NCBI GenBank assembly: GCA_048013815.1
Contig: CM106585.1
Location: 16,926,001-16,990,000 of the forward strand
Origin: Setoptus koraiensis
Lineage: Eukaryota; Animalia; Arthropoda
Reading direction: 5' to 3'
Length of the DNA: 64,000 nucleotides
The notes under the pieces are model-generated. The model saw only the letters and a list, made by a program, of their open reading frames with translations. It did not search any database and was not told the origin of the DNA. Both the position numbers and the translations under genes were made by a program. Position 1 is the stretch's first letter. Every line of letters starts with the position of its first letter. This document shows, piece by piece, positions 1 through 11,296 of the stretch.

Positions 1-1884
1 TTTGCACACCACAACGTAGTGGGCCTTGCCACTTCGTTCGCTTTGCAGAGCCAACAATGTCCAATCGGTGGGCGATTTGCAGGCCCTGACCTCGCGAAGA
101 GGCTCGCAAGTTTTTATTTGAGTGTAGATCTACAAATGGACCAACGAGGCAAAGTGAATGGTTAATTACACTGCTACCGAGATTCGAAGACAAACCACTG
201 ATTGCTAGCACAATGATTAGGTTGTAATTGGACAGTTGGGCCGCTGTCGAAGCCGGCAGCGATACTTACTCGCTTGTCAAACTTTCTCGTCAGCTCTATG
301 GTGTGTCCGTCCTGGGCGTCCGAACTGAACGAACATTTCCAATTGTAATTAGAGGAACATTCGCACAATTTTTGTGTGTAATTCATTCGCACAAATATAG
401 CATTGCACACTTGTTGAGTGGCGCATTCGGGCAATCCAGATCGAGATTTAGGACTCAGGCTGCTGCTGAACGAAGAATTCCTTTCTCTCTGGCGTTGTCA
501 ACATTTGTTTTTCAACAATTGCGGAGGCATGAAAATCATTGAATGATGGCATTGAAATCATTGAGAGCGCCGTCGAAGCGAGCGCCGCCGATGGAAAGGC
601 CAACAGGGGAAAAGTTAGTTAGTTGGCCGATTTATTACACATAATGAGCAAGTGAATCGAGTGTGATGCTCCAATTTTCGTCGGTCTGGTTTTCATTCGC
701 TATGTATCATTCACTATATATTACAACTATATATTTGAACTAATACATTGAACAAGTCACGACATTTTGCAACAAGTTTCGCAAAATACCGTCGTCGGCG
801 CGGTTACGTTCCATTGCGGATATGACACGAATTATATGATCTAGTTTACAGCGTACGGCATTTGTGTGACGATGGCCTAGTCCAGTTGACTGGACTGTGC
901 AACTGTCACACAAATCAACTAACAAGCTCATTAATTTGTATGCTGGCCAGTGCTGGCGCAAACCGGCCAGTCATATTATTATATAACATGCCTAATTGGC
1001 GTGTTATGTAACGGTTTGTTGCTGCTTTTGTGGCCGTCACAAGTAAGAGTATGTGGCCCTTTCACCAGACCATATGTGACATATCATCTGTCACACACGA
1101 GAATCATATGTCACATACGAGAATCATATATCGCATACGAGAATCATATGTCACATACGAGAATGCGGAGACTGCGGAGGTTGCATCATTTGATTTGTCG
1201 CAATAATTAGTAATTTGTGTTGATACTCACATTTACAAGAGCCGACACGTCGACGTATTGAGGCGGTCGCACGGGGCTGCTCTGATGATTGTTTCTGCTG
1301 TGATTGTTAATGGTGGCCGATGGCAAATCTTCTCTGTCGTCCCTTTCTCTCTGATGAATTGACATCTGAATTGATTGACCGCTTGGCGATGTGGTCGGCG
1401 AGCCATCCGTGCCAGCCGACTGCATCTTTTGCTGGGGTTGCTGCTGTTGTTGTTGCAATGATGAAATGGCCCCACTTAGAGATGGCTTGACAATTGAATT
1501 ATCTTGTTGCTGCTGCTTTTGTTGCTGTTGTTGAATGTTGTAAACTAGTGTTGTGGGCACCATTGACATCGGACTCAGTGTGGTCTGACTCAACAATGTA
1601 GACAACGACGACGACTGATAGTTAGTTAGCTTGTTGTTGTTGTTGTTTCCATTTGATGATGTCGTTGATATAGACAATGAATTTATTGTGCATATCATTA
1701 AATTGTGCACAATAGCAATCAATGTCAACTGTACAATAAATGTATTACTGTTGCTCATTATGCAACAATTTGTGTATTTTTTGTTATTAATTTGTTTTGT
1801 TTGTCTTCTCTTTACTGTAGTTGTTGTTGAAGTTGCTGATCTCGACGATGACGACAGCCGTTGCTCAATTCTGGACACTTCCAT
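1..1884 (-). CDS. Argos/giant-lens-related cysteine-rich secreted protein (U-scoloptoxin(11)-like family), 3' end runs off the window. Exons about 1884-1231, about 488-270, 129-<1
   Basis: ORF 1207..1884 has a hydrophobic signal-like stretch (FIVQLTLIAIVHNLMICTINS) and a poly-Q/S region, ending at donor AAT|GTGAGT (1230). ORF 174..434 gives LPECATQQVCNAIFVRMNYTQKLCEC...CSFSSDAQDGHT up to donor CGA|GTAAGT (269). Acceptor TTTGTAG| at 130 opens IYTQIKTCEPLREVRACKSPTDWTLLALQSERSGKAHYVVVCK. All junctions are phase 0. The acceptor near 489 is tentative and a small extra exon is possible. Confidence 0.75.
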
Positions 1885-4800
1885 GTTTGTTTGTTACTTG
1901 TCTTGTGCTTGTTGTTGTGTCATTAACGAAATTAAATTGAATCAAAATTACTGAATATGACTTATTTAAGAGTATGCTGTTCGATGAAAATGTGAATATC
2001 TGTCATTGGCGGTCATCACAAACCACATATCTATCATGGGTCTATTGTAGTGCGCGTCATGATCGCAAACGCGACTAGGCGGTGTGATTGCCGTATAATT
2101 GTATAACTTTATAATTAAATAACTGTATATTCGTGTATTCGTATATTCGTATATTCGTGTATTCGTATATTCGTATATTCGTATATTTGTGTAACTGTGT
2201 GTGCAGAGTTGATTGCCGGACTATAATAATTTAGCTGGCCGACAATTAAATTACCAACTAACTAACTGACAATGCCGCCAGTAACAACAATAATAAACAA
2301 TAACAACAATATCTGATTCGGAGTCAGTATCAATCAGCCGCCAATTAATGGAATGTCACTGTTGCTGGCGATGCGATGCTGGCGATGCGATTCTGTTGCG
2401 CAATGCGACGGTGACACTTCACTTTGGACACTCACTGGTCAAGTGTGCGTTGCGTTGTTTGCGTGCCTTGCGTAATTTTGCCAAACGTCAATTTATTCAC
2501 CTGTTGATTTGATTTGATCTGGCGATTCAATGGCCGATCAACGACAAATGATTACTGACCGAACTTAGACTGAGCGCAGCTCATACGCAAATAACCACAG
2601 TGAGTCCATCTGACTTTGAGCAACAGCAACAACATCGACATCGGCGTCGAAATCAACAGCGCCGGCGACACTGACAACAGCAACGGCAGCAGCAGCAACA
2701 ACGGCAACAACAACAACACAAACAACAGGTTGTTGGGCTGCCTCAGTCAGTGTTGTGTCCACTCGGCTTGCGCACACCAGGTAACTGGCCTGTACAATGG
2801 CGCATGGGCATGGATAATCGGTTCATTATGATTCAAGTTGCAGACTGCGACGGCGAGCAGCCAAACTGAAATATCCAGTCAAATGGTGGGCTCACCTGGC
2901 CGAACACATAGCCGCATAATAGCCGCATAATAGCCGCATATGATCAACTTATGGACATATGATTAAGTAACTATGGTTGCTTCAATGTCAGCGCTGATGA
3001 TATCAAAAAGTGGTTTGCGATGGCACTCATGGCCATTGAATTCAATTGAATCCAATGGCACCGTCTCGTCTCGTCCCGTCCAATGTCATTGGCGGTGTCG
3101 CTCGGCGTGTCGCTCGGTTTGTTGCGCAGCTTGAGTCGGCTTCGCAACCTGGCCGCCCGCTCCGACGGCCGACTCTGCGACCAGTGAGACGAGCCTGGCG
3201 ATTCCTACGGCAAATCGGCCAGACTCGTCCCACTGGCTCTCTCAAAACTCTCTCAAATAAACATAAAATACAGAATGTAAAATGAATAGTTAGGCCCAGT
3301 GAATATTGCCAGCCAACTATGGCCGCACATTGCACAGTATTGTATATTATGTAAGATTATGCAAGATTATTGTGTAATGTAAGATTATGTAATGTATTAT
3401 GTAATAGGCCGTTGGCTGTTAGCAATACCTATACACAAATGCAAATTATTGCAATGTATTTTGGCTATCACTATTATTAGCATTGATTGTGTGTGTGTGT
3501 CTGGCTATTGCTGGCTATTGTGCTCGCTTGGCATTGTTTGGCGCTCACAGCGCTCAATGGCTCAAGCCAACCAATGCCAACAGCCAGCCAAATAAACGCG
3601 CCGATATATTATGTAATCAATGGTGCACAATGTAATACATTGAATGTATCCGCTTGACTCAAGCGGCTCGAGTGATGCAAGGCTTGCGCTTGGATGACAC
3701 TGGCGCTATTTGCATACACGCTTGCCGGCTGACAATCGAAAGATTCGAGCCTTTCGAGAGCCCCTCTTTCCAATTCGAGCGACTCTTTCTCATTCGAGCG
3801 ACTCTTTCCCATTCGAGCGACTCTTTCCCGTTCGAGCGACGCCCGCAATTGGAGGCGCAATGAATTGACACACGAACTTGATCAGTCGCATATTGGCGGT
3901 TAGTCTGCAGCCTAGACTCTGGCCGAGAATCTTCTTTTGGCTTCGTCGGCTTCTCTGGCTTCTCTGGCTTCTTCGGCTTCTTCCACTTCGTCGGCTTCGT
4001 CGGCTTCGTCGGCTTCGTCGGCTCCGCCGGCTTCTTTCGGGTTGCTCGGCCCGAGTGCGAAGCCAAATTGAATTGCCATCGAATGCTCGCTGGCGTGCCG
4101 GTGCAACAGGCACGCCAATAAACACAAATAGAGGGAATAAATTATGGCCCATTGTTGCGCCGACAGTCGTATTATTATTATATTTTGAGCGACTTATTAT
4201 GACTTATCACTGCCACTTGCCAACAGTGCCGTCCAACAGTTTCCATGGCGGCCGTCCCGTCAGCTTGCCGGCCGCTGGCTGGTAAAATCGCTGGCAAAAT
4301 CGCTGGCAAAATTTCGCCGAAATAGTCATCTTTATTTATTCGCGTTTGAGTGGAAAATCACACAATTCACAATCAGGGAATAAATGATCATCATCATTCA
4401 ATCATTTTTGCAATGGGCACACTCACGCCGACAAGACTCGATTATGCGCCGACCACTTGATGCATCTTGGTCGTACCTGTTATTATTATTACGTTGATTG
4501 TTGTTGTTAGCGGTGCGTCTCTTGACCGGTGGTCAACAAGCCCGCTACCGTTTGACGGTCAGCGGCGGCGTTCCAGTTTCATATTTATATATAGTATTTG
4601 CATCAAATTTCGTAAAAAATATCACATCAAATTTTATAAAAAACATCATCATGCAATATCAAATCTGCGCCGAGTGGCCCGCTTTCAGTGACTGAATTTC
4701 GGTCGCTGAAAGCGGCGAAATTCAGTCGCTGATCAGTGGCTGCGGCGGCGCAATGTAATTTGGCAAAAGTTGGTCGCATTATAGTTGGCGATATACATAT

Positions 4801-5081
4801 ATACGTAGCCAAATATGGTCACACATGTGACTCGCATGATGTGAGTGTATTGTTTTTTATGATGATGATGATGATGGGAAAACGGCCCACAAACGACAAG
4901 TGTTAATGACAGAGAAAATGATGTAATCATCGTGACAATGACACGACAGCCAATGACAGCTCTGGCCGCTAGTCGCCGGCGAAAGGGCCGCCGAAATGGC
5001 TCAACGTTGTCAGTTGGTCAGTTGCCGTTCGAGATGAGAATTGTTGCTCGGCGCTGACCTTGACAAAGCTAGCTTGACAAA

Positions 5082-5191
5082 CGTCAATTACGTCATACGT
5101 AGTCTACGTAGCGTCAATTACGTCATACGTAGTCTACGTAGCGTCAATTACGTCATACGTAGTCTACGTTGCATAGACTACGTATGACGTA
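5082..5191. repeat. 30-bp tandem repeat x3 ending in an 18-bp perfect hairpin, rich in ACGT-core sites
   Basis: Unit CGTCAATTACGTCATACGTAGTCTACGTAG at 5082, 5112 and 5142. 5149-5166 is the exact reverse complement of 5174-5191, with a 7-nt loop. Confidence 0.9.
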
Positions 5192-6859
5192 GAGTGGTGG
5201 TCAGCGTGCGTTGTTCAGTTAGCTGGACAGTGTGTGTGTAGGTGGTGCCGACTGATTGACTTGTCATTCTCACAATCGCACAATCGCACTATCGCACAAT
5301 CGCACTATCGCACAATCGCACAGGTAGCCGCCGGTTGTAACATGTTACATAAACATGTTACGCTGCTGCGGCATTGGCATTGGCATATTTCATGGGCACA
5401 CGATGATGAAATGTGTGTTGGCCGGAGCATGATGCAATAGGCGGCCGGAGCGTGATGCAACAGGCGGCCGGAGGATGCGGCCGATCAATCAAGCAAATTA
5501 TAACTGTTGTGTTATGCCACGCCATTGCTATGCTATTGTCAATTCAATAACACTGATTCAATGCACTGACTTGATTTTATATAATGACATAATAATAATA
5601 ATAATGATATTTGCGCAAAATGAACAGCAAAAAGTATGAAAATATCAGCACGCATGATTCGGCGCGGCGCACTGACCACTGAACGGTCACTGTTCAACTG
5701 AATAACACATATTAATAATAATGTGATATTATGTAACAATAGCAGTGCATTGTTTCTGGCAACATCGGCTGCCATGTTGCGTAACTAGGGCTTGTTAGGC
5801 GGATGGAAAAATGTTTTTTTGCGTTTTTTGCTAGCTGCTGTGGTTGTTGTTGCTGCTGTTGATACACAGAACAAGTGGCCGATACAAGTGGCACTTGTTT
5901 GGTGTATCAACAACAACAGCAGCAACAACAACAACAACGACAACAACGCCGACAACAGTGACAGGATGACACGCATAAAACAGCTCCGCAAGTAGCCGCT
6001 CGGCGGCCAAATAAGATTGCTCCAAATAACAAGTCGCCTTGTCGTTGTAATTGTGTCGTAAGTCACCTGTTGATTCAGCCTGTTGCATAACGTCGCACCG
6101 ACAATTGTGAGGTGTTTACTTGGCCCGGTATGGGTTGCATGGCGCATGACAATTGAATTGCGCTCGCAATTAAATTGTGTCGTGTCGTGACATACGCTCA
6201 ATCACGCACAAATTGAGGGCTCGCCGGCCCGACGATGCCAGTGCGATGCCCGTATGACGCCGGTCTGACGCCGGTATGACGCCGGTATGATGCCCGTCAG
6301 CCGATGCGGTCCGCATCGTCGACATTGCCGGCAACAGCAACAGCAACAGTGTGCGACAACAACGACAACAACAATTGTAACGGTGCTCCCGTTCGTGTGC
6401 CGTCGTCAACCCGGTCGACTCAACCGGAGCGCCGTCTAGTTGCCGGCTGTTTGCATTCACCTGATTATCAAAACTGATACATTTATCAATGGACGCATAG
6501 ATGCCCATTATTTATTATTGTGTGCGCCGGCCAGATAACGGCTTGTAAATAAGCCAGCCAGCCAGCCAAATCACGGTTCGTAGACAGCAGTTTGTGGATA
6601 ACGGTTTGCGAGTAACGCGCTCGTATATTTACGAATCGTATAATACGATATAAACACGATAAAAATAGCAATGTACAATGAGATATCGCGACATTGTTGC
6701 ATGCTGTCGGCATTGTCGGTGTTGTCGGCATTGTCGGTGTTGTCGGCATTGTCGGCATTGTCGGCATTGTCGGTGTTGTCGGTATGCGTCGGCATATCCG
6801 ACCGTGCAACTGATTGTGCAACCGATTGCGCAACGGTGAAAGCGCACGACTTGCGCAAC

Positions 6860-6949
6860 GACTCTTATCATAAGAGTCTTATGCGACTCGTATTATCCGA
6901 GTCGCATTAGATATCGGGCTTACGTCATCGGTAACTTACCGACGGTAAG
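6860..6949. other. Run of adjacent short perfect inverted repeats
   Basis: GACTCTTAT-c-ATAAGAGTC (6860-6878); ATGCGACTCG-7nt-CGAGTCGCAT (6881-6907); TCGGTAA-c-TTACCGA (6928-6942), overlapping CTTACC/GGTAAG. Confidence 0.85.
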
Positions 6950-7509
6950 ACATGGCTCGATTTGGGCAGATTTGTGCGCAGTGTTGCATGCTGTGTCGTG
7001 TTGGGCAACTAATGCCATTAGTCTGATGGGCACAATTCGAATGCACTAATCTGATCAATTGTTAGCTATTTATTGCGTGTGTGTGTGTGTGTTACACGGT
7101 GATATTACAGGTGATGTATGATACATGACTAGACGTGATTTACCTGGCCAGCGCTGCTGGGGCCCGGGCTGTTGAGGCGTTCGCTTTCAAGTGGCGTTCG
7201 CTTTCGAGTGCCTTGAGCTTGCCCGAGACTGTGACGGGCCCGAGACTATGACGGCCTGCCGAAGCAGTAGTAGAAGTGGTTGTGGTGGTGCTGGTTGCCA
7301 ATAAGCGTGGTGCATGTAATAGTGGTGCATGTAATAGTGGTGCATGTAGTGATGATACAGTTATGGTGACAGTGATTGCGCCAACAGCAGTGATATTATT
7401 GCACAATATTATCAATGATATTACGTAATATTATCAGTGATATTATTGCAATGGTCGCCGTTGTGGCAGCGGCGCGAAATTTCGCGGGTTTCGCGCGGAA
7501 ATTTCGCCG

Positions 7510-10500
7510 CTAAAAGTACGTCTCCTCCTCTACCCAGCCGCCCGGGTACTTGCGTATGAAATACCTGCGCCCCTCGTCGTATATCATTATGAACACCGCA
7601 AAGGGCAGCGGCGGTATCCACCAGCACGCCTTTATGGGGTACATGTTTAGGGCGACATCCATGCCCGGACAATAGCTGAGGAAGGCGGCCAGCGCCGTCT
7701 CAAATAATAGCGCAAAATTCATGACATGATTAGACATGCCCTGATGAATGATAGAATTGGTGCGGGTCTTGCAAGCCACCAGCTCGCTCCATTGCACCAC
7801 CACTATCGATATAAAAAAGGCAGTTTGACAGGTGAATTCAAGCTTTTTTCTCTCCTTGTATGTCCACTCTTGACCGTAACTGTCCGTGTAGTCGTTGATG
7901 GCCTTAGATTCCCACGATTGCCTAATGCCCAATAAATCGCCCAACCAAAATCCGTTCTCTACCATAATGACACTGTAAGTGAAAAAGCCCGCCGATGCCT
8001 GAATAACCCCAATTTGTCCGTATGACAGCGACAATAAACGCTGATTGACCAGTTTGTCGTCTTTGCTGTCGCGCGGTTTCCGTTTCATAATGTCATTTTC
8101 GGGCCGTTCATACGCCAACGATATGGCGGGCACCATGTCCGTGCCCAGATCAATCCACAATATTGTCACAGTGCCCAACGCCAACGGAATACCCATCACT
8201 ATGAAGGCCAAGAAGGGCGTTATTTCGGGTATGTTGCTGGTGAGTGTGTACGCAATGGATTTCTTTAAATTGTCAAATATCAACCGGCCCTCCTCAACCC
8301 CTATGACAATGGAGGCAAAATTGTCGTCCAACAATATCAAATCCGCAGCTTGCTTGCTGACGTCGCTACCCGCAATACCCATCGCAATGCCTATGTCGGC
8401 CTTTTTGAGCGCGGGCGAATCGTTGACGCCGTCGCCCGTTACCGCAACCACGGCACCGGCCCGCTGACAGCCTTCGACAATGATGAGTTTCTGTTGGGGC
8501 GACGTGCGCGCAAACACAATCTCCGGATGTGTGGCCAATATAGAGTCCAGCTGCTGGGGGCTCATGTCGCGCAACTCCTGGCCGTGCACCACTGCCGCAC
8601 GCGCCTCGCGCGGATCAATATCCTCAACGGGCCGGTTGAGCCGTTGCGCAATGTCCTCTACGGTCTCGTTGCCCTCGCTTATGATGCCCACCGATTTTGC
8701 TATGGCTTGCGCCGTTATGGGATGGTCGCCCGTCACCATGATGACCTTTATGCCTGCCGAGCGGCACTTGGCCACCGCGTCGGGTACCGCCGCCCGGGGC
8801 GGGTCAATCATGGACACCAGACCCACAAAGCGCAAATTGTCCAACGGGAAATTGTTCTCTTGTTCATCACTGTTGAATCGATAGCCGTACGGGTACGCGT
8901 CGGGCGACAATTCCAAATCACAAAATCCTATCACGCGCTCGCCCAGGCCGCCCAGCTCCAGGTAGGCGCTGTTGAATAGCGCCTTGCGCTGCTCGTCGAT
9001 GGGCACCGACTTGCCGTTGAGCAGCATGGTCGAGCAGCGCTCCAGAATGCGCTCGGGCGCGCCCTTCATGCACAACAGGTAGCACCACTGCTTCTCCTCC
9101 TCGCGGTACTGCGCCTGGTACTGGCCGAGGTAGCCGGCCGGCCGCTCGAGCGGCCGCTCGATCGGCTGTTCGAGCTGTCCGAGCTGTCCGAGCGGCTGTT
9201 CGAGCGGCGCTTCCGGTGCCGGCGGGTCGTTGTCGAGCTTGAAACAGTTTCCCGGGCACTGGAACAGGTTTCCCGAGCGGTAGTGCGCGTTGTGCGGGCC
9301 CGCGCCCCCGCACAGACGCGGCGACCCGGTCAGGCGCGGCGACCCGGCCAGGCTGCCCGTGTGCAGTTTGTGTGTGTCTTGGGTGCTATCACTTGCTGTC
9401 GTCGCCTTGAAGCGCTTTGTGTAGGGCGAGTTCTCGTGGATGGTGACATGATATTTGCTTGTTGAATTAAACGGAATTTCGCACACCTTGTGATATTTGT
9501 GCCTATAATTGACCACGCTGCCACCTATTGTCAATTCCATGCACTTGAGTATGGCCGATTCGGAGGCGTCGCCAATTGTGTCGCGCTTCAGCACGGGCAA
9601 GTGATCTTGGCCGGGCTTGAACTCGGCCCGCGAACACAGGCAACAAATGCGCGCCAGAGCTTGCCAAGAGTCGCTTCCGGTTTGCTGATCGCTGTCTGCC
9701 TGCAACTGGTTGTTGGCCGCCGCCGCCGCCGCAGTCAGCTGTTTCCGTTCCCGGCGCGCCGGGCCGGAATCGGGGCCGCCGGCGTCCGAGTCGAGCTGGT
9801 GTGGGTGCTGCTGCGATTGAGACTGGTCCTCGGTGGTGTCCGCCTCCACTATTTGATCGTCGTACCACATGTGCGCAACGGTCATGCGGTTCTGGGTGAG
9901 CGTGCCCGTCTTGTCCGAGCAAATGGTCGACGTGGAGCCCAGCGTCTCAACCGCCTCGAGATTTTTCACAAGGCAATTCTTGGCGGCCATCCGCTTGGCG
10001 GTCAGGGTCAGGCAAACGGTCACCGTGGCTATGAGGCCCTCGGGCACATTGGCCACGATGATGCCGATGAGAAAGATGACCGCGTCCAGCCAAAAGTACC
10101 CCATCAGCAGCGACAGTATGAAGAAGGTGACGCCCAGGAAGCAGGCCACGCCCGTGATGATGTGGATGAAGTGGCTGATCTCCTTGGCGATGGGCGCCTC
10201 GCCTGTGCGCGGTAGCATTCGGGCATTTCGTATATTTCCGGTAGTTCGGGTAGTTGGGGTATTTCGTAGAAGAGCGGATATTTCGGTTACAGCGGGCATT
10301 TCGGATCGATTTCGGGCAGTTCGGGTAGTTGGGGTATTTCGGAGAAGAGCGGATATTTTGGTTAGTTGGGGTGTTTCGGATATTTCGGTTAGTCGAGAGA
10401 ATGTCGAGAGCGGCCGGGAGCCGGACAGAGTGCGGCCGATTGGGGTACTCACGCATGTCGAGCCCGGCCGCCAGGCCCGCGATGCGGCCCATGACGGTGC

Positions 10501-11296
10501 GGTCGCCCGTGTTGAACACGACGCCCAGAGCGGTGCCCTCGATGCAGTTGGTGGAGAAGAAGGCCAAATTGTGCGCCTCAATAGGGTTGTCGTTGCAGTA
10601 TTCGGTGTTGCGCGCTTGCGGTTCGCTTTCGCCCGTCAACGACGAATTGTCCACCTTGAACTGGTGCGCAAACACTACCCGTATGTCCGCCGGGACCCGA
10701 TCGCCGGCGCTCACCTCAACTAGATCGCCCACAACGACCTCGTCGGCGGTTATTGTGTCCTTTATGCCGTCCCGTATGACGCGCGCATATTGGGGCACCA
10801 TTTTCTTAAACGAATCCATTATCTTAGAGGATTTTCTTTCCTGAAAATAGGCAAAACAGCCCGTTACAAACACCACAATGGCCAACACGAGGCCCAAATA
10901 CAAATTGTCTGGCAGTACATTCTCAAAAGTGGACACCTGAATACCATAGGCCAAAAAGCACAATATGGCCCCTATCCACAACAGTAGCGAGAATCCGCCA
11001 AACAGTTGGGCGCAAAACTTTGTCCATTCGCTCGTTGTAGGGGGCGGCGTGAGCGTGTTGGGGCCGAATAATTCCAATTGTTTAGGCACTTGTTCTTGCT
11101 TTAATCCGGTGTCGATGTTTGTCGAGTAGCGCGCGCACAGCTCCTCTAGGCTGATCTTGTGGTCGTCGATGTTGACCTCTTGCTTCAGCTCGTTTATGTT
11201 CAGCTCGGCCTCCTTCTTCAGCTGCTTCTTGGTCAGCTTGGCGGGCGCCTTGGCGCCCCCGCCGATCAGCTGCTTCTTGGCCGCCTCGTCCTGCAT
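7510..11296 (-). CDS. Atpalpha: Na+/K+-ATPase alpha subunit (P2C-type), divergent, about 1178 aa. Exons 11296-10453 and 10202-7510
   Basis: Motifs [79 protein letters not shown]. ORFs 9947..11296 and 7510..10581 join in frame through a 250-nt GT-AG intron (ATGC|GTGAGT ... GCGCACAG|GC), giving [15 protein letters not shown]; total 3537 nt, divisible by 3. The 5' end may extend via an upstream exon. Confidence 0.95.
10203..10452 (-). repeat. Single intron of the ATPase gene, filled with internal direct repeats
   Basis: Repeated blocks TTCGGGTAGTTGGGGTATTTCG and AGAAGAGCGGATATTT between canonical GT and AG ends. The intron is stop-free in two frames, which explains the overlapping ORF calls. 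Confidence 0.85.

Noticed and set aside
2616-2790. Asn/Ser-rich + strand frame ending at donor-like CAG|GTAACT
   Set aside because: Low-complexity sequence with no downstream + strand exon identified.
5082-5171. Regular direct repeats as a CRISPR array
   Set aside because: There are no unique spacers or cas genes, and the context is eukaryotic. The same applies to the other tandem arrays.
7510-10581. Treating the 1023-aa ORF as the complete ATPase with an unusual N-terminus
   Set aside because: Its first about 125 aa are an out-of-frame read of exon 1 plus the intron. A canonical 250-nt intron joins the true N-terminal half in frame.
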